A stretch of DNA of 64,000 nucleotides from positions 104,257-168,256 of the forward strand of contig CAYYWY010000002.1 of the NCBI GenBank assembly GCA_964475485.1, read 5' to 3'. A program made the position numbers and the translations under genes. Positions 37,232 to 44,378 of the stretch are shown here, piece after piece (the first letter of the stretch is position 1; the number at the start of each line of letters is the position of its first letter). Under the pieces are notes generated by a model that searched no databases, was not told the origin of the DNA, and saw only the letters and a program-made list of their open reading frames with translations. The stretch comes from an uncultured Nitrospiraceae bacterium (lineage in GTDB: Bacteria; Nitrospirota; Thermodesulfovibrionia; Thermodesulfovibrionales; UBA9159).

Positions 37232-37393
37232 ATGAAGAGAATTATCATCGAGATTGTGCTCATTCTACTGATTTCTATGCTCTTGTCTCTTTTCTATAAT
37301 GCGGTTTCACCGACTGGGATAAAACTATTCCCCGGGAAGGCAGCTAAAGGGGCAGAAATGAAAGAGGGTGTTTGGAGGACGGAGGAGGCATAA
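37232..37393 (+). CDS. Small single-TM membrane protein
   Basis: MKRIIIEIVLILLISMLLSLFYNAVSPTGIKLF... (53 aa). It resembles the membrane-anchor N-terminus found on some rhodanese/MauE-associated proteins. Short, so uncertain. Confidence 0.4.
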   Translation: MKRIIIEIVLILLISMLLSLFYNAVSPTGIKLFPGKAAKGAEMKEGVWRTEEA

Positions 37394-37394
37394 C

Positions 37395-37865
37395 GTGGGA
37401 GCGATTGCATCGTTCATTTTCAGGGTACTCATCGGAGGTATCTTCATAGCTGCAGGTCTTGCGAAAATATCCGATCCGGTCCGGTTTCTCCTTACGCTGA
37501 GGGAATTCGACCTATTTCCCGAAATCACCGTCCGGTTTCTAGCGATCTACCTCCCGTGGCTCGAATTTCTCCTAGGACTCTTTCTCATGCTCGGATTACT
37601 CTACCGAACGAGTTCCCTTCTCCTCATCGTTTTAAATGCGATGTTCGGCATTGCAATCGCATCGGTGATGCTGCGCGGCATGGAGATCGATTGCGGCTGT
37701 TTTGGACTCCTGGCGGATATCCTGAAGATCCCAGACATGGCGGATATGAGAGCGGTTATAAGGAACACCCTCTTTATCGGCATGTGTCTATATATTTTTC
37801 TCTCTAAGAGAACGGTGGTTTCGCTGGAGGGTTATATAAATAGGCTGAGTAGAATGGAGGGATAA
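37395..37865 (+). CDS. MauE/DoxX-family redox-associated membrane protein
   Basis: GTG 37395, 6 nt after GGAGGAGG. FRVLIGGIFIAAGLAKISDP...LPWLEFLLGLFLMLG...MEIDCGCFG (the characteristic DCGCFG motif). Confidence 0.75.
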   Translation: MGAIASFIFRVLIGGIFIAAGLAKISDPVRFLLTLREFDLFPEITVRFLAIYLPWLEFLLGLFLMLGLLYRTSSLLLIVLNAMFGIAIASVMLRGMEIDCGCFGLLADILKIPDMADMRAVIRNTLFIGMCLYIFLSKRTVVSLEGYINRLSRMEG

Positions 37866-37890
37866 AATTCATTGAGGAGAGGAGGAAACG

Positions 37891-38307
37891 ATGAAGGTTC
37901 TTGTGGCTTATGATGGTTCGAAGGCTTCCAAGAAGGCACTTGACAAGGGGGTGGAACTGGCAACGAAGCTCGGCGGAGATCTCTTGCTTCTCTCCGTTAC
38001 CGAGCCTGTATGTCCCATAGGGATTAGTGAAGCGGATTGCGCCAGGATGGATGAGATACTGAAGAACGAGACGGAGGGGATTCTCGACGGCATCAGGGGG
38101 GAACTCGAGAAAAAGGCGATCAAGGTGAAGACACTGGTAAAGAAGGGCAGCCCAGCCGATGAGATAGTTAAACTTGCAGAGAGAGAGGGCGTGGATACCG
38201 TCGTAATAGGGTCTCATGGAAGACACGGCGCAAAGAAATTCTTTCTCGGGAGTGTCTCTTCGAGGGTGGCTGAACGTGCGCCCTGTTCGGTCTTTGTCGC
38301 GAGATAA
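37891..38307 (+). CDS. Universal stress protein (UspA family)
   Basis: MKVLVAYDGSKASKKAL...VVIGSHGRHGAKKFFLGSVSSRVAERAPCSVFV. Confidence 0.9.
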   Translation: MKVLVAYDGSKASKKALDKGVELATKLGGDLLLLSVTEPVCPIGISEADCARMDEILKNETEGILDGIRGELEKKAIKVKTLVKKGSPADEIVKLAEREGVDTVVIGSHGRHGAKKFFLGSVSSRVAERAPCSVFVAR

Positions 38308-38490
38308 GATACATGACAAATCGGTTGCCGGAACCCGTCCCGATCCAGTTCAGCCTTCCATAAATGAGTGAAAGGCCCGGCGGCCTATGTGCTCCTCGGG
38401 GTAAATGGAAGCCCGGAGGGCCAGAAAGTGACCATAGTGTAAGGCTATAGTGGAGTGACAAGTCAATGAGGGTTTTCCTGATGGATAGGC

Positions 38491-38976
38491 ATGTTTAACG
38501 GAGTGATTCGCCTGAAAGCTTTTGCGGCAATTGCCGTGTGTTCGGTAGTCTTTTGCAATGGCATGCAGGTAACAGTCTGACCGGCACAAAGCGGAGAAGC
38601 CATGGTCTCTTACTCCACCTGTCTTGGAGGGAGCACAGACAACGTTGTCCATGGCGTAGCAGTTGACGGCAAGGGCAGCGCCTATGTAAGGGGATGAGGG
38701 ATGCCTTTGTGATCGAAATTGATCCCTCGGGGCATGTCGCCTTCTCTACCTATCTTGGAGGAAGCGCTCACGGGGGGGACCAATGCGTTCGTCACGAAGA
38801 TAGGCACTGAAGGGAGAGAGCTTCTCTTTTTAGGCGGTTCTTCTTATGGCAGCGGCTCGGGGATAATGGTAAGCGCAGAGGAGGATATCTTTGTGGCGGG
38901 CAACACAGAGTTAAAAGACTTTCCGGTGAAGAAGCCCTTTCAGAAGGCTTATTCGGATTACCCCTATTCTTTTTGA
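38491..38976 (+). pseudogene. Fragmented SBBP/beta-propeller-repeat secreted protein (multiple frameshifts and stops)
   Basis: Signal peptide MFNGVIRLKAFAAIAVCSVVFC then stop. Downstream pieces lie in different frames: YSTCLGGSTDNVVHGVAVDGKGSAYV, DAFVIEIDPSGHVAFSTYLGGSAHGG, NAFVTKIGTEGRELLFLGGSSYGSGSGI...IFVAGNTELKDFPVKKPFQKAY. This matches the SBBP repeat pattern (YSTYLGG..D.A.GIAVD..GNAYV.G.T.S.DFP; DAFV.K). A G7 run lies at one frame break. Confidence 0.55.
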
Positions 38977-39023
38977 CAAAAATAAAGCAGGACAAATCGA
39001 ATTTGTGAAAAAAGGAGAGAAGT

Positions 39024-39758
39024 GTGGATTTAGGAATCCTGGGTAAGGTTACATTCGATTTTCAGTTCCTTTCAGGTCTTGTAAGCATTGTTATTATCGA
39101 TCTGATTTTGGCGGGTGACAATGCCGTTGTCATCGCAATGGCCGTGAGGTCTCTGCCCAGAGAGCAGAGGAAAAAAGGGATTATTTTAGGCGCCGGAGCC
39201 GCTGTCTTGTTGAGAGTCATCGTCACGTTCTTTGTGTCGCAGCTGCTTCAGATAAGCTTTATAAAACTTGTCGGAGGCGTGGTGATATTGTGGATAGCAG
39301 TAAGACTCTTTATGGAGGGCGTTCCGGAGGAAGAAATCGAAAAGGAAGCAACAACGATTGCGCAGGCTATAAAGCTCATAGTGATTGCGGATATCACCAT
39401 GGCGATCGACAATATGCTGGCAGTCGGAGGCGCGTCCCACGGCAATCTGTTCCTCCTTCTTTTCGGGCTTGGTCTGAGCATCCCCCTTGTCGTCTTTACG
39501 AGCAACCTGCTTTCTATGCTGATGGATAAGTATCCGGTTATTATATACATAGGCGCTGCGGTGCTCGGGAAGGTGGGCGGTGAGATGATCATAACGGATC
39601 CCTTTACCGCGGGAATTCTGAAGCCCGGCAAATTGGCAATATATTCCGTGGAAGCGTTTTTTGCTGTCGGCGTCATCGTCGCAGGAAAGCTCTGGATGAA
39701 ATGGAAGATATCCAGGGTTGAAAGAGAGGAACGTGTTCATGAGAGCAGCGCAGACTGA
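39024..39758 (+). CDS. TerC-family (YjbE-like) integral membrane protein
   Basis: IIDLILAGDNAVVIAMAV...IADITMAIDNMLAVGGAS: the duplicated DN-containing TerC motifs. GTG start after AAGGAGAGAA. Confidence 0.85.
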   Translation: MDLGILGKVTFDFQFLSGLVSIVIIDLILAGDNAVVIAMAVRSLPREQRKKGIILGAGAAVLLRVIVTFFVSQLLQISFIKLVGGVVILWIAVRLFMEGVPEEEIEKEATTIAQAIKLIVIADITMAIDNMLAVGGASHGNLFLLLFGLGLSIPLVVFTSNLLSMLMDKYPVIIYIGAAVLGKVGGEMIITDPFTAGILKPGKLAIYSVEAFFAVGVIVAGKLWMKWKISRVEREERVHESSAD

Positions 39759-39767
39759 GGAGGTATT

Positions 39768-40571
39768 ATGTCCATCCTGACGATATCGAGAGAATATGGA
39801 AGCGGCGGTAGAGAGATTGGTAAGGCTGTGGCCGATGCGATGCACTATGAATACATCGACAAGGCGAGGATCCTTTCTGACGTAAGCGCACATGGCGGGA
39901 AGTGGGAGAAATGGGGAAGGGACCTTGATGAGCACTGCCCCACCCTCTGGGAGAAGTATGACTGGTCTTTTCGGGGTTTCGGTGCGCTGATTCAGAATCT
40001 TATTCTTGACTACGCGCTCAGGGACAAGGTAGTGATCGTGGGGAGGGGGGGGAATTTCCTGTTAAAGGATATTCCGCATGCGCTCAGGATTCGTGTTGTG
40101 GCGCCCCTCGAAAAAAGGGTGGCGAGGATTATGGAAAGGGAATCCGTCGACAGGGAAACAGCACACTGGCTGGCCGAAAAGACCGACAGGGAAAGGGCCT
40201 GTTTTCTCAATATCCTTTACGGCAGACCCTGGGACGATCCGGCGGAGTATGATGAGGTGTTCGACACAGGCAGTAAGTCCATCGAGGAGATTACGGGTAT
40301 CGTGATAAACGCTCTTACGGAAAGGGAGATATTCAGTACCGCTGAGGCAAGGAAAGTTCTCGAGATGCGTGCGCTTGCAGCAAAGGTTAAAGCAGGGATT
40401 CTAACGGATCCCGGGTTTTTTGTCCCGACCCTTGATGTACAGCACGACGAAAAAGGCCTTATTCTTCGTGGGGTGGTCCATAAACCCGAAGAGCACAAGC
40501 GTGTCGAAGAAGCGGCAAGGGAACTGGCGGGAGAAGTGCCCGTAAGGTGCGAGCTCCACTATCGTGGATGA
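39768..40571 (+). CDS. Cytidylate kinase-like family protein with C-terminal BON-like domain
   Basis: MSILTISREYGSGGREIGKAVADAM...VIVGRGGNFLL...ALRIRVVAPLEKRVARIMERE is the typical Cytidylate_kin2 family. The C-terminus LDVQHDEKGLILRGVVHKPEEHKRVEEAAREL is BON-like. Confidence 0.75.
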   Translation: MSILTISREYGSGGREIGKAVADAMHYEYIDKARILSDVSAHGGKWEKWGRDLDEHCPTLWEKYDWSFRGFGALIQNLILDYALRDKVVIVGRGGNFLLKDIPHALRIRVVAPLEKRVARIMERESVDRETAHWLAEKTDRERACFLNILYGRPWDDPAEYDEVFDTGSKSIEEITGIVINALTEREIFSTAEARKVLEMRALAAKVKAGILTDPGFFVPTLDVQHDEKGLILRGVVHKPEEHKRVEEAARELAGEVPVRCELHYRG

Positions 40572-40590
40572 CAGGAAATAACTATCTTCC

Positions 40591-40725
40591 AAATCCAGCG
40601 ATATAAAGCGTTATTGCTAGTGAAACGAAGCAATCTCGACTTTCTTAATGAGATTGCCACACACCCGTTGGGTGCTCGCATTGACCGTCCTGGCAACGCA
40701 TTGATCCAGTTATCACTGGATCTGG
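40591..40725. mobile_element. 135-bp MITE-like palindromic element, copy D (opposite orientation to copy A)
   Basis: TIRs aaatccagcgatataaag (40591-40608) and gttatcactggatctgg (40709-40725). The core at 40610-40685 matches the reverse complement of copy A at 67/76 positions. Same overall length (135 bp). Flanking 9-mers ctatcttcc/gtatctcta are only partly similar. Confidence 0.65.
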
Positions 40726-41158
40726 GTATCTCTAAACCGCAAGCATCCGTGCATAGCCTCGCGCCTCCCCTTTCTGAGGTAAGAGGAATCCTTGAATTCA
40801 GCGTATTCTTTCTTATTCCATACGGTTTCGAAAGGCTCTCCAAATATATTCCCAAAACTTACTTTTCAAGCCGATGCTCTTTGCCTCAAAAGATCTGCCA
40901 GGCAGAGAAGGATCTTCCGCGAGGCCGGAAAGGAGTGAAACGTCTCAATCACTTCATGATCTCTCCTCTGCCGGTTTAATGGAGAATCCATCATTTAGGA
41001 GGAGTTTCGGAAGGCATGAATCTTCACGATCCGTCCCTGTCACTGAGGATTAAGGCGGAAGGGACCGAAGAGATGTAGTGCGTGCTGGATGTGCTCAAAG
41101 ATACGGCGGGATATGATCCTCCTATCCGTGTGCCGTCAGGAGAAGAGCGAATTTTCTC

Positions 41159-41187
41159 TTGACAAGGATGCGGGGCAGCGGTATTGT
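41159..41187 (+). promoter_or_regulatory. Sigma70 promoter candidate for the Yip1 gene
   Basis: TTGACA (41159-41164), 17-nt spacer, TATTGT (41182-41187). ATG at 41219 after GGAGGGG. Confidence 0.5.
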
Positions 41188-41218
41188 GTATTATCCTGAA
41201 AAAGATGGAGGGGTAACG

Positions 41219-41815
41219 ATGAACTTCATTGAACGTGTCAAAGGTATTTTGCTTCGTCCTAAGGAGGAATGGCAGACGATTGCCGGAGAAACCACGACAG
41301 TTGCAGACTTATACAAAAACTATGTTATTCCCCTGGCAGCCATAGGCCCGATCGCATCTGTTATCGGGATGTCTATTGTAGGACTGAGCCTGCCTTTTGT
41401 AGGCACGGTCAGAATTCCTATAACCACTTCAATCGGCTCCGCCGTGCTCCACTACATCCTCACCCTTGCAGGGGTGTACATCCTGGCCCTTATTATCGAC
41501 GCTCTGGCTCCTTCCTTCTCAGGAGAGAAGAACCTTACCCAAGCTTTCAAGGTGGCTGTCTATTCGTATACGCCGGGCTGGGTGGTCGGGATTTTCTCCA
41601 TAATTCCTTTACTGAGCGTGCTCGGAATTCTGGGGCTTTATGGCCTCTATCTTCTTTATCTCGGACTTCCTGTTCTCATGAAGTCACCCCAGGAAAAATC
41701 CGTGGGATACACGATTGCGGTGATAGCCGCAGCCATCGTTATCTTTGTGGCGATAGGCATTGTATCCCGTGCCTTTATTACTTATCCCACGCCGGGCATA
41801 CCTATGCACGGCTGA
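41219..41815 (+). CDS. Yip1-family membrane protein
   Basis: MNFIERVKGILLRPKEEWQTIAGETTTVADLYKNYVIPLAAIGPIA, followed by five hydrophobic segments. This is the typical bacterial Yip1/DUF1282 architecture. Confidence 0.75.
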   Translation: MNFIERVKGILLRPKEEWQTIAGETTTVADLYKNYVIPLAAIGPIASVIGMSIVGLSLPFVGTVRIPITTSIGSAVLHYILTLAGVYILALIIDALAPSFSGEKNLTQAFKVAVYSYTPGWVVGIFSIIPLLSVLGILGLYGLYLLYLGLPVLMKSPQEKSVGYTIAVIAAAIVIFVAIGIVSRAFITYPTPGIPMHG

Positions 41816-41872
41816 GATTAAGAGAGAGCGTAATTTTTCTCAAAATAGGAGTGGAAAGCAGGACTTCTCTGG

Positions 41873-43399
41873 TTATGCTGTCCTGCGTAGACTGAGCTTC
41901 TCAGCAACCGCCTCCTGGGCCGACCGGGAATCCCAGTAAGCATATATCCTCGGTGTATTCCGCACGTTCCTGAGGACGTAAGGGTTTCCGAAGGATATGA
42001 AAATCTTTGCCCTGCCATCGAGGGTTTCAATTGCCCTTTGCACTCCTGCGGCAGTCTGACCCTTCCATGCCTTTATCTGTGAGAATACGCTTACTATGAG
42101 GTCATGGTCTTTCGGAATGAGAGCCCATGGTATGTCATCTCCCGGCATAGAGGAACAATATTGGAATCCTGCATATCTCTGCTTCAACACATTCACAAGG
42201 CGCTCGCCCTTTTCGACTTTGTCTTCACTCAGGATGATCATGAAGGGCTTTGTTATCTTCATATCTTTTTCCCCCTTTACGGTCACAGCCATCGCTGAGA
42301 GCTCGTCGGAAAGCCGTTGATGCTCAGTGAAGTCAATTTCTTTGCATGTCATGCCCGAAGCCTGCCTACCTGACAGGCAGGCAGGCCCTCGGAGTTCGTA
42401 GCCGGGGGGTCTTAATCGGGCATCCAGAACCTTTCTGGATTTCCCGGTCAAACCGGGGAATGACAAGAATCTGGTCTTACTCATGAAGTCATACTTCTGC
42501 TGGAGATAGGACGCCGTACTGTTCGGGTCTGTAGGATGGAGGATTATATCCACGCCGGCATTGAGGGCCATCAGGGAGGCTTCGTTTTCGGTGTACTGAC
42601 CGATCCCTCCCATATTTATGGCATCCGTGATGACCATGCCCCTGAACCCCATCCTGTCCCTCAAGTAAGAGGCTGCTCTTCCGGAGAGAGATGCCGGTAT
42701 TCCCGAAGGATCGAGGGCAGGGACACTCAGATGTCCGAGCATGATCATGCTTACTCCCTCTCTAATCGCCCTCCTGAACGGCAGAAGTTCGCGGTTTTCG
42801 AGGGAAGAAAGGTCTCTCTTTATCACAGGGAGGCTCATATGTGAATCGACCTCCGTATCTCCATGACCAGGGAAATGCTTCCCGCACGCCATTATGCCAT
42901 TTTCCTGCAGCACTCTTATCATCTCGGCTCCAAAAAAGGAGACCGTGTCAGGGTCTTCACCGAACGCCCTTGTGGCGATGATCGGATTGTCAGGGTTCGT
43001 ATTGATATCCAGAACAGGCGCCAGAATAGCATTTATCCCGGCATACTTAGCCTCAGCCGCAATAGCCTTAAATGCTTTTCTTAGTAGTTTTAACTTGGAA
43101 CTCGAAACTTGGAACTTGAGACCTTTTTTTGTTAGCGCAGATGCGATGGCCATGGCAGGCGGGAAGACCGTGCCTCCTTCTATCTGATGTCCCAGTCCCT
43201 GTTCCAGGTCGGATGCAATAATGAGAGGATGCCCCGACGCATTCTGAAGCTCCTCTATTTTGAATCTCACAGTCTCGACCTCGCCGCCGAACACGATAAA
43301 ACCTGCAACGCCTTTTCTCACAAGGCTGAGATAATACCCGAACTTTTGCTCTACTTCTGCGCCGTTTAGACGGGGTATGAGGCGGGAATAAGGGTTCAT
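41873..43399 (-). CDS. nagZ: Glycoside hydrolase family 3 beta-N-acetylhexosaminidase (NagZ-like) with C-terminal alpha/beta domain; carries two in-frame repeat insertions
   Basis: GINAILAPVLDINTNPDNPIIATRAFG, ACGKHFPGHGDTEVDSHMSLPVI, MLGHLSVPALD are GH3 catalytic-domain motifs. Insertions lie at 42348-42464 and around 43092-43119. Confidence 0.85.
   Translation of the reverse strand: MNPYSRLIPRLNGAEVEQKFGYYLSLVRKGVAGFIVFGGEVETVRFKIEELQNASGHPLIIASDLEQGLGHQIEGGTVFPPAMAIASALTKKGLKFQVSSSKLKLLRKAFKAIAAEAKYAGINAILAPVLDINTNPDNPIIATRAFGEDPDTVSFFGAEMIRVLQENGIMACGKHFPGHGDTEVDSHMSLPVIKRDLSSLENRELLPFRRAIREGVSMIMLGHLSVPALDPSGIPASLSGRAASYLRDRMGFRGMVITDAINMGGIGQYTENEASLMALNAGVDIILHPTDPNSTASYLQQKYDFMSKTRFLSFPGLTGKSRKVLDARLRPPGYELRGPACLSGRQASGMTCKEIDFTEHQRLSDELSAMAVTVKGEKDMKITKPFMIILSEDKVEKGERLVNVLKQRYAGFQYCSSMPGDDIPWALIPKDHDLIVSVFSQIKAWKGQTAAGVQRAIETLDGRAKIFISFGNPYVLRNVRNTPRIYAYWDSRSAQEAVAEKLSLRRTA
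42348..42464. mobile_element. 117-bp GTCATT...GGCATGAC palindromic element inserted in frame in the GH3 gene
   Basis: On the coding (minus) strand: gtcattccccggtttgaccgggaaatccagaaaggttctggat...cctgcctgcctgtcaggtaggcagg...cgggcatgac. Three internal hairpins. 117 nt equals 39 codons, translated as SFPGLTGKSRKVLDARLRPPGYELRGPACLSGRQASGMT between the two GH3 domains. Confidence 0.65.
43092..43119. repeat. Tandem heptamer array (AACTTGG-like, 4 copies) inside the GH3 coding sequence
   Basis: aacttgg aactcga aacttgg aacttga. Translated on the minus strand as part of KKGLKFQVSSSKLKLL, within a loop that looks about 12 aa longer than I expect for NagZ enzymes. Confidence 0.55.
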
Positions 43400-43472
43400 G
43401 AGGTATTATATCAGTTGATGAATGGCGGATAAAGGATTTAGAATCTCGAATAGTATCTGCAAAGGAGAAACT

Positions 43473-44378
43473 ATGGGCTTTTTTGACAGGCTTAAGGAAG
43501 GACTTGCCAAAACGAGAAAGAGCTTAATCGGCAAGGTGGAGGCGATATTCACAGGGAGAAAGATCGACGAAGAGACCCTGGAGGAACTGGAGGAGACCCT
43601 CATCACCTCAGATATCGGGACAAAGGCCACCGCCGAAATTGTGGAGTTGCTCAGAGACAAGGCGAGGAGGGGCGAGATAAGAGATTCGGATAATGTAAGG
43701 GAATTGCTGAAACGTGAGATGACGGCAATCCTCGGGCCTTCACAGCCTCTCGTCCCGTCCGGAGAGAAGCCCTTTGTGATCCTCACGGTCGGCGTCAACG
43801 GGGTTGGAAAAACCACGACCATCGGCAAGCTGGCAGGGCGCTTCATATCTGAAGGGAAGTCGGTACTCTTGGCTGCTGCTGATACCTTTAGGGCTGCGGC
43901 CATAGAGCAGCTCGAGATATGGGCAAGAAGGACAGGTGCGCAGATCGTGAAACATCAGAGCGGATCTGACCCGGCCGCAGTGGCTTTCGACAGTATCGAA
44001 GCTTCTCGAAGCAGGAATATTGACGTGGTGATTATAGATACGGCCGGAAGGCTCCATACAAAGAGCCCGCTTATGGAGGAATTGAAAAAGGTTAGGCGCG
44101 TGATCGACAAGTCTCTGCCGGGAGCTCCGCACGAAACACTCCTTGTGGTAGACGCTACCACGGGCCAGAATGCCATGAAGCAGGCGGAGATGTTTCACAG
44201 CACTGTAGGGATTACTGGCATAGCTCTTACAAAGCTCGACGGCACCGCCAAGGGGGGGATTGTGTTTGCAATAAGGAAGGAGCTCGGCATCCCCATACGA
44301 CTCATAGGTGTCGGCGAGGGTATCGAAGACCTCAGGGATTTTGATTCGAAGGAATTTGTCGAGGCCCTTTTTTCATGA
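43473..44378 (+). CDS. ftsY: Signal recognition particle receptor FtsY
   Basis: MGFFDRLKEGLAKTRKSL...ILTVGVNGVGKTTTIGKLA...LLAAADTFRAAAIEQL...IIDTAGRLHTK...TKLDGTAKGG. ATG 43473 after AAAGGAGA. Confidence 0.95.
   Translation: MGFFDRLKEGLAKTRKSLIGKVEAIFTGRKIDEETLEELEETLITSDIGTKATAEIVELLRDKARRGEIRDSDNVRELLKREMTAILGPSQPLVPSGEKPFVILTVGVNGVGKTTTIGKLAGRFISEGKSVLLAAADTFRAAAIEQLEIWARRTGAQIVKHQSGSDPAAVAFDSIEASRSRNIDVVIIDTAGRLHTKSPLMEELKKVRRVIDKSLPGAPHETLLVVDATTGQNAMKQAEMFHSTVGITGIALTKLDGTAKGGIVFAIRKELGIPIRLIGVGEGIEDLRDFDSKEFVEALFS

Noticed and set aside
38578-38580. In-frame TGA after the signal peptide of the SBBP-like gene, considered as a second selenocysteine codon.
   Set aside because: The downstream sequence needs several additional frameshifts and contains further stops. 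No SECIS-like hairpin follows, and no Cys is expected at this position. It is a pseudogene.
40559-40979. ORFs 40559-40855(-) and 40614-40979(+).
   Set aside because: They are translations of MITE copy D and adjacent decayed sequence. They have no start context and no family similarity.
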